Source: Dehalococcoidales bacterium (GTDB taxonomy: Bacteria > Chloroflexota > Dehalococcoidia > Dehalococcoidales > RBG-16-60-22). From it: a stretch of 64,000 nucleotides of DNA. The notes under the pieces are model-generated. The model ran no database searches. It was not told the origin of the DNA and saw nothing but the letters and a program-made list of their open reading frames with translations. Made by a program: the position numbers and the translations under genes. Below, one piece after another: positions 26,331 to 35,503 of the stretch. Position 1 is the first letter of the stretch; the number at the start of each line of letters is the position of its first letter. The stretch is from contig DAOUGB010000089.1 of assembly GCA_034429595.1 (NCBI GenBank), positions 1,260 through 65,259 of the forward strand, read 5' to 3'.

Positions 26331-27806
26331 CTAAAGCGCATTAACCAGATAACCGAACCCCACCGCCAGCACCAGGTAGGCCGCGCTGCCGCAGAGGCTG
26401 GTGAGGAGGAAAGCCCTTAACGCTTTGCCGCGGCTGGCGCCCAGCCTTTTGCTGTGAATCAGCATAAAGATGCCGATGGAAATGCCCGCGCCCAGCAGGA
26501 ACTGGATAGCCAGCGCCGGGGCCGGCGCGCCGAGGAGGAAGACCAGATACAGTACGGAACCGGGGAAGACGATGAAGACGAGGTTGATGCCCGGGTAAAT
26601 CAAACCTTCATACCAGGCCGGTATGGCATACTCGGCTTTGTTACCCAGGAAGACGGGAATCAGAAAGCGCCAGGCGAATACCCATATCAATATCCCGATG
26701 ATGATAGCAAAAACGATGGAATAACCCAGCGCCCCATCTTCCAGTCCGGCGAGGAATTTACTGAACGCCGATTGTGTTTTGACCGTGACAACAACGTTAT
26801 CCGTGGGGTTGCTCTGGGTATAAGTCGCCCGCCAGACGTGCCCGAAAGCGCCCCTGGCTTCATCCACGGCGTAAGAAGGTATGGCGATAAACTCCTGAAT
26901 CTTCGACCCTTCAATAATATCGAAGCCGGACTGGTCCGTCCCCAGTGCCGGATACTGCACGTCAAAGTCCAGTCCTTCCGGCGAACTGATATAAACGCGC
27001 GTCAACTCGATGGGCTTAGACCAGGCGGCCCCGGTGCCCAGGGGATAAGTTACGGTCTTGCCGGCACCCGATGAGATTAGCTCCGTGCTCCACGAGAGGT
27101 GCAGCCCAGGCTCGGTGGGTTCCGGCTCCCAGTACGAATCACTTTCTTCCGGTTCGGCGATGGCGGCTTTTGTCTGCAGTTTGACGATGGCCACCTGCTG
27201 TCCCTTGAGCGTAGCCAGCGTATCGGCGACCGAAGCGGGCAGGCCGGTGGTCTGAATTAAAGCATTAATATCGGTATTATCATCAATGCCGTAGATGCTT
27301 ATCTCGGAGCTTTCCGTCGTGACGACTGATTCCGGCTGGGGTGTCGCGCTCGCGCACCCGGTCAGTAAGACCGGCGTCCAGAACGGGATGAGAATAGCGC
27401 CGTTGGTCAGCAACGCGCCGGCGAACAGCGCCTGAACGGCGTACTGCCGGCGATTAGCGCCGTCGCGGATAATCTTATCGAGTCCGCCGGTCGTCGATTT
27501 ATCGAAGGTAAACAGGTCTTCCTCGACCGCGTTGAAATAGGAGGTGTTGGTACCGATAGGTACGAAGAAGGTGATTTCATGGGACTCTCCGGTGCTATCC
27601 AGGATTGAGATAAAAAGATCCATCCTCGCCGTGTTCTCATCGATGATGGTCACGACGCCGATTTGATGCCCTTCTTCCAATTCCGCCCAGAGGTCATGGG
27701 GGACGATTGGCCCGCCGTCCGCAACGGCCGGGGAGGGGACGACAACCGCTAGCAGTAAAACCAGGAGGGCAGATATGGCGGCAAATTTAAGCTTGCTGGC
27801 GGACAT
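26331..27806 (-). CDS. Hypothetical secreted/membrane-anchored protein
   Basis: ATG 27806 follows GGGAGGT. Has an N-terminal signal peptide, a large extracytoplasmic part and 4-5 C-terminal TM helices. I recognise no family. Confidence 0.55.
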   Translation of the reverse strand: MSASKLKFAAISALLVLLLAVVVPSPAVADGGPIVPHDLWAELEEGHQIGVVTIIDENTARMDLFISILDSTGESHEITFFVPIGTNTSYFNAVEEDLFTFDKSTTGGLDKIIRDGANRRQYAVQALFAGALLTNGAILIPFWTPVLLTGCASATPQPESVVTTESSEISIYGIDDNTDINALIQTTGLPASVADTLATLKGQQVAIVKLQTKAAIAEPEESDSYWEPEPTEPGLHLSWSTELISSGAGKTVTYPLGTGAAWSKPIELTRVYISSPEGLDFDVQYPALGTDQSGFDIIEGSKIQEFIAIPSYAVDEARGAFGHVWRATYTQSNPTDNVVVTVKTQSAFSKFLAGLEDGALGYSIVFAIIIGILIWVFAWRFLIPVFLGNKAEYAIPAWYEGLIYPGINLVFIVFPGSVLYLVFLLGAPAPALAIQFLLGAGISIGIFMLIHSKRLGASRGKALRAFLLTSLCGSAAYLVLAVGFGYLVNAL

Positions 27807-27887
27807 GTTACCTCCCACGGCGTATATTGATTAAAGTGTAGGGATTTGGAGGCGGGAAGTCAATATGAACGAATTATTAGTAAATAT

Positions 27888-27916
27888 TTGACACAATATT
27901 AAAGTAGTAATATACT
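27888..27916 (+). promoter_or_regulatory. Sigma-70-like promoter (TTGACA-N17-TATACT) overlapped by direct repeats TAGTAATATA x2
   Basis: Hexamers at 27888-27893 and 27911-27916. The 10-mer repeats lie at 27905-27914 and 27921-27930. The leader before ATG 27934 would be very short. Confidence 0.5.
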
Positions 27917-27933
27917 ACAATAGTAATATAGTA

Positions 27934-28209
27934 ATGCCGAGTTTATTGATGATAATTGCCCGAACCGAGAATTTTAAAAAGGCCTGGCATAATTTAACGG
28001 TTGAGCTAAAATCTTTAGCTCGTAAAGCGATTAATAATCTGATGATAGATATGCACTATCCGGCTCTAAGAGTAAAAAAGATACAAGGCGTAAATAAAAT
28101 ATGGGAAGCCAGAGTCAGCCGGTCGCTCCGGATGACCTTTCAGCTTGAAGGTGATACGATCATTCTGCGGAATATAGGGCAGCATGATGAAACATTAGAG
28201 CGACCTTAG
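27934..28209 (+). CDS. RelE/ParE-superfamily type II toxin
   Basis: 91 aa. KIWEARVSRSLRMTFQLEGDTIILRNIGQHDE matches the RelE/ParE C-terminal pattern (..W.lRv....Ri.y.....i.l...g.H..). Confidence 0.7.
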   Translation: MPSLLMIIARTENFKKAWHNLTVELKSLARKAINNLMIDMHYPALRVKKIQGVNKIWEARVSRSLRMTFQLEGDTIILRNIGQHDETLERP

Positions 28210-28221
28210 GAGATAGAGGAA

Positions 28222-28494
28222 ATGGCGACATACAGCAAAGTAACAAGACACGGACAAATCACTTTACCGTCCCAGGTACGTAAAAGCTTAGATATAGAAG
28301 AGGGTGACCTGATAGAAATTAAAGTAATAGATGAACAAGCCGTACTTGTTCCTAAGAAACTGGTTGATAAAAGTCAGGCGTATTTCTGGACTAAAAAATG
28401 GCAAGAGGGCGAAAAAGCCGCGGATGAAGATATCAAAGCCGGGCGTGTTAAGTCCTTTAAATCTGCCGATGAGCTGATTGAGGATTTAGAGTAA
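28222..28494 (+). CDS. AbrB/MazE-family antitoxin
   Basis: VTRHGQITLPSQVRKSLDIEEGDLIEI is a SpoVT-AbrB domain. Starts 12 nt after the toxin stop. Confidence 0.7.
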   Translation: MATYSKVTRHGQITLPSQVRKSLDIEEGDLIEIKVIDEQAVLVPKKLVDKSQAYFWTKKWQEGEKAADEDIKAGRVKSFKSADELIEDLE

Positions 28495-28522
28495 GGCATC
28501 CCTAACACCAATTTTTGAAGAT

Positions 28523-28569
28523 ACAATCCCCCAGAATCAGTAATAGAATCCAGGGGATTGTTGTTTTTT
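28523..28569. terminator. Hairpin terminator between convergent genes
   Basis: ACAATCCCC / GGGGATTGT stem with a 21-nt loop and a following T-run. Confidence 0.5.
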
Positions 28570-29014
28570 ACTTCGTGTACTTCTTGCCCATGCCCGCGGT
28601 AAAATGGAACATCGGCCTGGTGATTTTTCTAATGTTAATGGGGCCGTGCTCCACCCCCGCCGGGATGAAGGCGATAAAGCTCCTATCGATGAAGTTCTGC
28701 TTGCCGTCAATCCAGAATTCTATTTCCCCGTTTAAGTTGTACTGGTCTTTAGGGTCGGTGCCGACCCAGGCGATGGTCTCATCGAAGTCATGAACGTGTT
28801 TCCCGATGGTGCGGGTGGGGTCGCCCTTGGTCTTATCCGGCCAGTCACCGGGGAAGAACCAGGCCGTTTCCATGTAAAAAGCGTCCTTGATGACCTCGCC
28901 ATCCAGGGAAAGCAAACGCTGCGCCTCATGAGGCGCGAAAACCGGCGACCACGGCGCCGCGCCTACCACGTCTTTAAGCTCGGTGACAAAGTATTTCTTA
29001 TCCCACTTAGCCAT
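28568..29014 (-). CDS. Cupin-like small protein, paralog A
   Basis: Has HVHDFDETIAWVGTDP..L.GEIEFWIDG...IPAGVEHGP, the same motif frame as paralogs B and C. Confidence 0.6.
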   Translation of the reverse strand: MAKWDKKYFVTELKDVVGAAPWSPVFAPHEAQRLLSLDGEVIKDAFYMETAWFFPGDWPDKTKGDPTRTIGKHVHDFDETIAWVGTDPKDQYNLNGEIEFWIDGKQNFIDRSFIAFIPAGVEHGPINIRKITRPMFHFTAGMGKKYTK

Positions 29015-29478
29015 TATTGCTTTTTCCCCTTTCTTTTTTCGTGGCCGCCGGGGTCGGCCTGGGCCAGCGTTCCGGCGCCAACCATAATCGTCAGTTCCAG
29101 ATGAGGTTTTTGGTACTTCTTCCAGGTCAGCGGCCCGTGTTTGACGCCTTTAGGCACAAAGACCGCCGATGTTTTATTGATTTTCAGCGGCTGACCGCCC
29201 ACCATGAACTCGATTTCCCCGCCCAGGTCTTCCTGGTTAGCCGGGTCCGTCCCTAGGTGGATAACGATTTCATCATAATCGTGCGCGTGCTCTTCGATAT
29301 GGGGATTGGGGTCCGGCATGGCGAAGACCCAGCCCGTCTCGATGTACATGTTGGCGCCCGGCACCAGGTTATTGCTCATCAAAGTCATCGCCGGGCGGCG
29401 GCCTTTTACCTCAAAATCCGGCGTAACCTCATAGGCGGGCTGGCTGACAAAGTATTTGTTCATGTCTTTTTTGGGCAT
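29014..29478 (-). CDS. Cupin-like small protein, paralog B
   Basis: Has HAHDYDEIVIHLGTDP..LGGEIEFMVGG...VPKGVKHGP. Its stop overlaps the start of paralog A. Confidence 0.6.
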   Translation of the reverse strand: MPKKDMNKYFVSQPAYEVTPDFEVKGRRPAMTLMSNNLVPGANMYIETGWVFAMPDPNPHIEEHAHDYDEIVIHLGTDPANQEDLGGEIEFMVGGQPLKINKTSAVFVPKGVKHGPLTWKKYQKPHLELTIMVGAGTLAQADPGGHEKRKGKKQ

Positions 29479-29494
29479 CTTAACCTCCTGCGGA

Positions 29495-29965
29495 CTATTG
29501 CTTCATGACATAGGCGCCGCTATTGGCGGACTCGAACATAAAGATAGGGGTATCGATTCTTTTTAAAATAATGGGGCAGTGCTTTACGCCCTGGGGAATA
29601 AAGATATAGCAGGTCTTGGTCAGTGTGTAAGGCTCGCCGTCCATCCAGAGCTCGATTTCCCCGCCCAGGTCGCGCGGATGGTTGCGGTTGGAACCGGCGA
29701 ACCCGATTATCTCATCGAAGTCATGGGCGTGCTCCTCTTCGATTTGCACCGGGCCGTCCCCGGTAAGCTGCCAGAGCCATTCGCACCCCGCGAAGAACGA
29801 CCCCTTGACGAAGGCGTCCTGGATGGCGAGCAGCATCGTCCGGTCCAGCGTTTTGCCCGCTTTTTCCTGGTCGTCCATCATTTTCACGTAGGCGGCGGGC
29901 CGCGGCGGCATAAGGTCTTCCGTGATAATGTTTTTGGCGTACTTTTGCGTTTTCTTTATCGCCAT
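29495..29965 (-). CDS. Cupin-like small protein, paralog C
   Basis: Has HAHDFDEIIGFAGSN..LGGEIELWMDG...IPQGVKHCP. Confidence 0.6.
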   Translation of the reverse strand: MAIKKTQKYAKNIITEDLMPPRPAAYVKMMDDQEKAGKTLDRTMLLAIQDAFVKGSFFAGCEWLWQLTGDGPVQIEEEHAHDFDEIIGFAGSNRNHPRDLGGEIELWMDGEPYTLTKTCYIFIPQGVKHCPIILKRIDTPIFMFESANSGAYVMKQ

Positions 29966-29967
29966 AT

Positions 29968-30083
29968 AAATCCCTCTCTCACTCTCCCCTTGCGAAGGGG
30001 AGAGGATGATTAGTCAAGCCATTTTATCATTGGTTATATAATAATCTTTCCCTCCTTCGTAAGGAGGGATTAAGGGAGATTTA
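29968..30083. repeat. Type-B composite double-hairpin MITE-like element, copy 1
   Basis: AAATCCCTCTCTCACTCTCCCC-TTGCGAA-GGGGAGAGGATGATTAG, an AT-rich spacer, then TTCCCTCCTT-CGTA-AGGAGGGATTAAGGGAGATTTA. It fills the gap between the reductase stop and the cupin C start. Confidence 0.8.
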
Positions 30084-30085
30084 AA

Positions 30086-32176
30086 CTAAATGTTCCTTAC
30101 CACCTGTGAAGCCGTACCGATAGCGTCCGCAATGAGTAAGGGGTCCTGGCAATCGCCGACGGAGTAGACCTCCGGAGCTTTATCTTTTAGTTTTTCGTAC
30201 AGGGCGAGGTTGGGGGATAAAGGCAGGGCGGTCACTATCGTGTCTGCCTGCAGGGCCAGCTTTTCCCCCTCTTTCGTGATAATCGTCAGGCCGTTGCTGG
30301 TTACTTCCATGTCTTTAACGCCGCTGATAAGCCGTACGCCCTTCTTATTGAACCAGGTAAACAGGTAGCCTTGGATAACGTCCACCATGCCCGTTCCCAG
30401 TTTGTCCGCTTTATCCACGATGGTCACCAGCCGGCCGCGCTTGGTAAAATATTCGCCGAGCTCGCAGCCGTGCAAACTCCCCCCGATGATGACCACCCGC
30501 TTCCCGATGGGCAGGTAGAACCTGGTCAGCCAGCGGAGGAGGTTGGGCGGTATAAAGCGTAAATAGGATTTCAGCTGTTTATGCAAAGCCGCGTTGCTGA
30601 CCACGTTTTTATTTTCAATGCCTTTGATATCCGGCGTGGCCTGTAACCCCCCCGCCGCGACGATAATGGCATCCGGCTTCAGTTTATCGGCCGTTTTCTC
30701 GTCAATCTCTTTGCCAAGGTGCATTTTAACGCCCAGGTTCTTGAGCTGGCGCTTATAATACTTAATCAGAGCGGGCAAATCTTCCAGTTCCGTGCCTTTG
30801 ACCACGGCCGCCAGGGGCAGCAGCCCGCCCGTGAAAGGCGTTTTATCGTAGAGGGTTACGTCATGGCCGCGCCGGGCGGCTACCCGGGCGGCTTCCATGC
30901 CCCCCGGCCCCGCGCCGATGACGAGCACCTTTTTCTTTTGCGCCGCCGGCTCGATGGTGTTATAGTCCTTGCCCATGAAAGCGTTGATGCGGCAGCGCCG
31001 CGAACCCAGACAATTTTCGCAGGCGGTGCAGGGCGCGATATCCTTGAGCCTTCCCGCCGCCACTTTGTTGGGGTAATCGGGGTCGGCCTGCAGTCGCCGC
31101 GTCATGGCTATAAAGTCGGCCTTGCCTTCCCGTAAAGCTTTTTCGCCGAGTTCCGCATCGAGTTTGCCCACGACCATCACCGGGATTTTGACCGCCTCTT
31201 TAATCCGGGCGGCCAGGTTCACGTTCCAGGCTTTGCCCCGCCCTTTTACGTCGTAATCTTTAGGGAAGGAACTCAAGGGGATGGGTGGCTCCGGATAGAA
31301 AAGCAGGTCCGGCAGGTACGCGCCGACATGATAGCCGAGCCAGTGGCTGCGCACGTGTATCATGTTCGCACCGGCGGCCTCCAAAAGCCTGGCGGTGGTC
31401 TGCGCGTCTTCTATAGTAATGCATTTTTCATTGGGGATGTCCGCCATCTGCCCGAACTCCGCGGCATTGATGCAGACGGAAACGGGGAAGTCCTGCCCCA
31501 GCCGTTTTTTGATTTCTTTAATGATGGAAGTGACGATGCGCGCCCGGTTTTCCGGCGACCCGCCGTAGGCGTCCTGCCGCCGGTTCCAGAACTTTGACAG
31601 GAAATTATGCAGCAGGTGGCTGCTGGCGGCGTTGATATCCACGCCATCGAACCCGGCTTGCTGCGCGCGTACCGCCGCGCTGGCGAATTTACCGATAATT
31701 ATCTCGATTTCCGGGACGGTCAGCTCCCGCGGCATCTGGTTATGGAAGTCATTTTCCGAATTTAATGTTACGCGGGAAGCGGCTATCGGCGGGCCTAAAA
31801 AGGCGGGGTTGGGGTCTTCAAAAAGCGGGGTCTGCCACGGGCCGTCATGGTTCATCTGCATGAAGGTAGGGCAGTTGTATTTATGGATAATTTCTACCAG
31901 TTCGGTCATCATGGGGATGTATTTATCGTCATCGATGCGGTAGCGGAAACGCCAGCGCGCCCCGGCCGGATAATCAATAATCGGGGATTCCACGATGAGC
32001 AACCCCACCCCGCCCCGCGCCAGCGATTCGTAAAAAGCGCGCATGGCGCCGTTCAATTGCGTCTCATCTTCGTGGGACATGAAGGTGCCGGCGCCCGTCT
32101 TGATAATCCTGTTCCGAGTCTTGACCGGCCCGATATAACCCGGCTCCAGCAGCTTTTGGAATTTCGTATTGCCCAT
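30086..32176 (-). CDS. Old-yellow-enzyme family NADH:flavin oxidoreductase fused to an FAD/NAD(P)-binding domain (2-enoate reductase / 2,4-dienoyl-CoA reductase-like)
   Basis: 696 aa. N-terminal OYE TIM barrel, a Cys cluster (CTACENCLGSRRC), then GAGPGG dinucleotide-binding motifs. Confidence 0.85.
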   Translation of the reverse strand: MGNTKFQKLLEPGYIGPVKTRNRIIKTGAGTFMSHEDETQLNGAMRAFYESLARGGVGLLIVESPIIDYPAGARWRFRYRIDDDKYIPMMTELVEIIHKYNCPTFMQMNHDGPWQTPLFEDPNPAFLGPPIAASRVTLNSENDFHNQMPRELTVPEIEIIIGKFASAAVRAQQAGFDGVDINAASSHLLHNFLSKFWNRRQDAYGGSPENRARIVTSIIKEIKKRLGQDFPVSVCINAAEFGQMADIPNEKCITIEDAQTTARLLEAAGANMIHVRSHWLGYHVGAYLPDLLFYPEPPIPLSSFPKDYDVKGRGKAWNVNLAARIKEAVKIPVMVVGKLDAELGEKALREGKADFIAMTRRLQADPDYPNKVAAGRLKDIAPCTACENCLGSRRCRINAFMGKDYNTIEPAAQKKKVLVIGAGPGGMEAARVAARRGHDVTLYDKTPFTGGLLPLAAVVKGTELEDLPALIKYYKRQLKNLGVKMHLGKEIDEKTADKLKPDAIIVAAGGLQATPDIKGIENKNVVSNAALHKQLKSYLRFIPPNLLRWLTRFYLPIGKRVVIIGGSLHGCELGEYFTKRGRLVTIVDKADKLGTGMVDVIQGYLFTWFNKKGVRLISGVKDMEVTSNGLTIITKEGEKLALQADTIVTALPLSPNLALYEKLKDKAPEVYSVGDCQDPLLIADAIGTASQVVRNI

Positions 32177-32280
32177 AGCTCTTTACACTCCCGCTGGTAA
32201 AACTTGCTGATATTATACAACTTTAACCTTTTAAGTTCATGTGTCACTGCCTGCCCGGCAAAATAACCACTAATCTTTGG

Positions 32281-32309
32281 TTGACATCATTAAATAGAAT
32301 GTGTATACT
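32281..32309 (+). promoter_or_regulatory. Sigma-70-like promoter (TTGACA-N17-TATACT)
   Basis: Hexamers at 32281-32286 and 32304-32309, upstream of the CopG-like gene. Confidence 0.5.
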
Positions 32310-32337
32310 TATGTGTAATAAATATGTGGAGTATAAT

Positions 32338-32589
32338 GTGGTAAGGAAAGTGATACAGGTTCCTTTTGATGAGGAGCTTTTAAAAAACCTGAACAATCTT
32401 TCAAAAAAACGGGGCAGTGCCAGAGCGGAGATAATCCGTCAAGCTTGCTCGCGTTATATACGCCAGGCTGAAAATGAGGATTTGGACAGGATTTATCAAC
32501 AGGGGTATGGAAGATTCCCCGAGCAGTCGGAAGAGGGTGAAGGACAAATAGCCATATCCGGAGAGATTTTATCCAGGGAGCCGTGGTAA
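32338..32589 (+). CDS. CopG/ribbon-helix-helix antitoxin
   Basis: VIQVPFDEELLKNLNNLSKKRGSARAEIIRQACSRYI is an RHH fold pattern. The start is uncertain (GTG 32326, 32338 or 32350); the track start at 32239 lies upstream of the promoter. Confidence 0.65.
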   Translation: MVRKVIQVPFDEELLKNLNNLSKKRGSARAEIIRQACSRYIRQAENEDLDRIYQQGYGRFPEQSEEGEGQIAISGEILSREPW

Positions 32590-32907
32590 TTGCGTCGCGG
32601 GGAAATATGGTGGGCTGAATTGCCACCGCCCGTTGGCAGACGCCCGGCTCTTTTATTATCGAGAAATTCCGCTTACGGTGTCAGGACATCGGTAACCATA
32701 GCCATGGTCACCCGCACCATCCGCGAAATTCCTGTTGAGGTGCTTCTTGATCAGAAAGACGGGATGCCGGTAAAATGTGTGGTTAACCTGGATGAAATCC
32801 TCACTATCCCCAAGTCCAGATTAATAGAACGAATCGCCGTGTTGTCTCCGGAAAAGATGGTTGCGGTAACTAAGGCTATTGTTTTTGCGCTTGACCTGGG
32901 CGTCTAA
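32590..32907 (+). CDS. MazF/PemK-family toxin (mRNA interferase)
   Basis: RRGEIWWAELPPPVGRRPALLLS...VNLDEILTIPKSRL is the PemK/MazF pattern. TTG start directly after the antitoxin stop. Confidence 0.75.
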   Translation: MRRGEIWWAELPPPVGRRPALLLSRNSAYGVRTSVTIAMVTRTIREIPVEVLLDQKDGMPVKCVVNLDEILTIPKSRLIERIAVLSPEKMVAVTKAIVFALDLGV

Positions 32908-32924
32908 CTGATTCTATCTCACTG

Positions 32925-33284
32925 TCAACCACTGATCTTCTCCAGCCCCTCCCGGCACTCTTTCTTTTCCGGCCCCGGCTGCCAGTTGGCGCAGCAGGCG
33001 GGTTTGACGGCATGAATGGCGCAGGCAGAAAGCCCCCCGTCATACTTGAGAAAGGCGCAGGCGCCGTCGACGTGGCGTATGAGACGGTATTCCGAATACT
33101 GCCAGCGCGAATCGTCATAAAGCTCTTCCCAGTCGTTGACCGTTATCCCCAGGTATTGCACGATACGGTCGATATCCGTAGGGGTAACGAAGGCCTGGTG
33201 CCGGGTGCAGCAGACGCCGCAACGCCGGCATTCCATCGGTTTTGTTTCAGATGATTTCATATCTTGATCATAACTATCTTTCAT
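32925..33284 (-). CDS. YkgJ-family (UPF0153) cysteine-cluster protein
   Basis: Has a CRRCGVCC motif plus downstream Cys residues. Confidence 0.65.
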   Translation of the reverse strand: MKDSYDQDMKSSETKPMECRRCGVCCTRHQAFVTPTDIDRIVQYLGITVNDWEELYDDSRWQYSEYRLIRHVDGACAFLKYDGGLSACAIHAVKPACCANWQPGPEKKECREGLEKISG

Positions 33285-33375
33285 TGCGAAACCACGGCTT
33301 GTCGGGGCGAAGTAATCTCATGGAGTATTTAGTCGATTCATAGGATTGCTTCGTCGTTTCACTCCTCGCAATGAC
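33280..33375. repeat. Type-A palindromic MITE-like repeat, copy 3 (inverted orientation)
   Basis: TTCATTGCGAA ... GGATTGCTTCGTCGTTTCACTCCTCGCAATGAC. Its left terminus overlaps the ATG of the YkgJ-like gene. Confidence 0.7.
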
Positions 33376-33383
33376 GCCGGAAT

Positions 33384-33935
33384 CTATTTCACGATAGCGC
33401 TTATCTGCTTGAACTGGTCGCCTTTGGCTACTTTCAACAGCTCGAACAGCGCCATTTCGGTGGTGGTGGGGCTGATGCCCCCGGCCCCCAGCTTGAAAAG
33501 CGTCACCAGCTTATTCTCCGGATCGCGGGAAGCAACGCCGTCGCCGACCACTGCCACCTGGTAGCCCGCCCGCGCTAATGCCACGGCCGTCTGGTAGACG
33601 CAGATATGCGCCTCGATGCCGGCCACGAGCACCTGCTGGCGTTTTAATGATGCCAGCGCTTCCGCGAAAGCAGGTTCGTCACAGCAGCTAAAGCACACCT
33701 TTTCAACCGCCTTAAAGTTCGGGATAAGGCTTTTTACCTCCGGGATGGTGGGGCCCAGTCCCTTGGGGTACTGCTCGGTAACGATGATGGGTATTTCCAG
33801 GGCCAAAGCTCCTTTGACGAGTTTCAACACATTATTCAGGAGCTTTTCCCTGTCATGCATTACCGGGAACAGCCTTTCCTGGAAATCGATGAGCAGCAGG
33901 ACGGTGTTACCGGTGGTAAAAGGTTTTAATTCCAT
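33384..33935 (-). CDS. Isochorismatase-family cysteine hydrolase
   Basis: Has LLLIDFQ, a conserved Lys region and GIEAHICV (the nucleophile Cys). Confidence 0.85.
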   Translation of the reverse strand: MELKPFTTGNTVLLLIDFQERLFPVMHDREKLLNNVLKLVKGALALEIPIIVTEQYPKGLGPTIPEVKSLIPNFKAVEKVCFSCCDEPAFAEALASLKRQQVLVAGIEAHICVYQTAVALARAGYQVAVVGDGVASRDPENKLVTLFKLGAGGISPTTTEMALFELLKVAKGDQFKQISAIVK

Positions 33936-34050
33936 AAAAAAATACCTCGGCTTGTTTGGATTTGCAGCTGGATTCAGCTTGATGATTTAAGTATATAAAC
34001 TCAATCGATATGTGTCAAAAATTTGGGGGTACCGAATCCGGTATTTTTTA

Positions 34051-34572
34051 TCACTTGAACAAAGCCGCCCAGACAATGGCATCCAGGACAACGGTATGAA
34101 GCGCGAAATAACCGGCCCCGGCTACGGCCAGCCAGTAAGCAATGCCGCGGGTATCTACCTGGAGAGAAAGCAGCGCCCATACCAAGGCAATCGAACCGAG
34201 GCCCACTAAAGCCAGCACGCTGCGCACACCTATCCACAGGCCGGTGCCGGGGTTATTCACATACATATTCGTCAGCGGCATCCAGAAAGCGGAAGCGACA
34301 AGAATCACCAGGAAAATGGCATAAAAGAGACTGTATTCCAGGTTCGATGCGGCAGGATCGATGCGGAAAAGAATGTAATAGATGAACGCAAAATATCCCA
34401 GGGCGGAGATAATCATCGAAACCGAGTAAAGCGGCCTGACGTTCTCCGCGACATTGCCCCACAGAACATTCGCGCCGCCCGTCTGGGCTTTCAACCCGTA
34501 GATATAACTTAAGATAACCGCCGCCCCGCCGAGGATGTTGATAATGAGCAATATTATTTGCTGGGTTCCCAT
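34051..34572 (-). CDS. Hypothetical polytopic membrane protein
   Basis: About 5 TM helices. ATG 34572 follows AAGGAG, and I prefer it to the track's TTG 34605. I recognise no family. Confidence 0.55.
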   Translation of the reverse strand: MGTQQIILLIINILGGAAVILSYIYGLKAQTGGANVLWGNVAENVRPLYSVSMIISALGYFAFIYYILFRIDPAASNLEYSLFYAIFLVILVASAFWMPLTNMYVNNPGTGLWIGVRSVLALVGLGSIALVWALLSLQVDTRGIAYWLAVAGAGYFALHTVVLDAIVWAALFK

Positions 34573-34601
34573 AGGTCTACTCCTTTGCATCAAATCATTC
34601 C

Positions 34602-35438
34602 TCAACTTTCACGGAGAGCTACCAATAAGACACCCGGCCCACCGTGCACGCCCAGCCCGGCACCCATTTTCATAATGTTTATCTGATTTTCCGGGAAGAA
34701 ATCACCCAGCCGTTGCTTGAGTTTTTCCGCCTGCTCCGGGATGGCGCTGTGAACGATAATCATCTCCGCGATATTGTGTTTTCCCTGAACGAATTTATAA
34801 AGCCTATCCATACCGCGGGAAATACTGCGTACCAGTCCCGCCCGGACAATATCTCCTTCATGGAAAGTGAGCAGCGGCTTGACATTGAGAATATTGGCCG
34901 CCGCAACGATAGTTTTACTAACGCGGCCGCTCCGGGCCAGATACTTCATGGTGTTGAAAAAGCCGAACATATCTACCCGGCGGATGGTTCCCCGGATTTC
35001 TTCCGTAAGCGCCGCCAGACTTTTGGGGGTCTTGGATATTCTGGCGGCGGCCATCGTTACCAGGGCAAGTCCTGCCGAATTGAACCGGGAATCGATTATT
35101 TCAATGGGACATTTACTGCCGAGCATCTTTTTGGCGATCATGGCCGAGTTATAGGTCCCGCTTATTTTGGATGAGATATGGATGGATATTATGCCTTCAG
35201 CTTTCTGGCAGTATTCCTTATAAACACTCTCGAAATCTTCCGGGGTGGGCTGCGATGTGGCGGGATGGACCGGTGAATTTGCCAGCGTCTTATAGAAAGT
35301 ATCGCTATCCATGTCCACCCCGTCGCGGTAGACCTTAGCCCCGAAGCGGACGTATATCGGCACGACGCGGATACCGAGTTTCTCCGCTGTATCCGGAGGG
35401 ATATCGGAGGTGCTATCGGTAATAACCTGGATACTCAT
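34602..35438 (-). CDS. DegV family fatty-acid-binding protein (FakB-like), paralog 3
   Basis: Has MSIQVITDSTSD, PATSQPTP and LARSGRVSK, which are DegV blocks. Confidence 0.85.
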   Translation of the reverse strand: MSIQVITDSTSDIPPDTAEKLGIRVVPIYVRFGAKVYRDGVDMDSDTFYKTLANSPVHPATSQPTPEDFESVYKEYCQKAEGIISIHISSKISGTYNSAMIAKKMLGSKCPIEIIDSRFNSAGLALVTMAAARISKTPKSLAALTEEIRGTIRRVDMFGFFNTMKYLARSGRVSKTIVAAANILNVKPLLTFHEGDIVRAGLVRSISRGMDRLYKFVQGKHNIAEMIIVHSAIPEQAEKLKQRLGDFFPENQINIMKMGAGLGVHGGPGVLLVALRES

Positions 35439-35503
35439 GGTCTTCCCTTTACAATTACTGCCTGGATAAAGTCAAATCCGCTAGCGATAGCCGATTAAAA
35501 CCA

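Noticed and set aside
34572-34605. Apparent 4-nt overlap (translational coupling) between DegV paralog 3 and the downstream membrane-protein ORF.
   Set aside because: The overlap depends on a TTG start at 34605. ATG 34572, preceded by AAGGAG, is the more plausible start and leaves a 29-nt gap.
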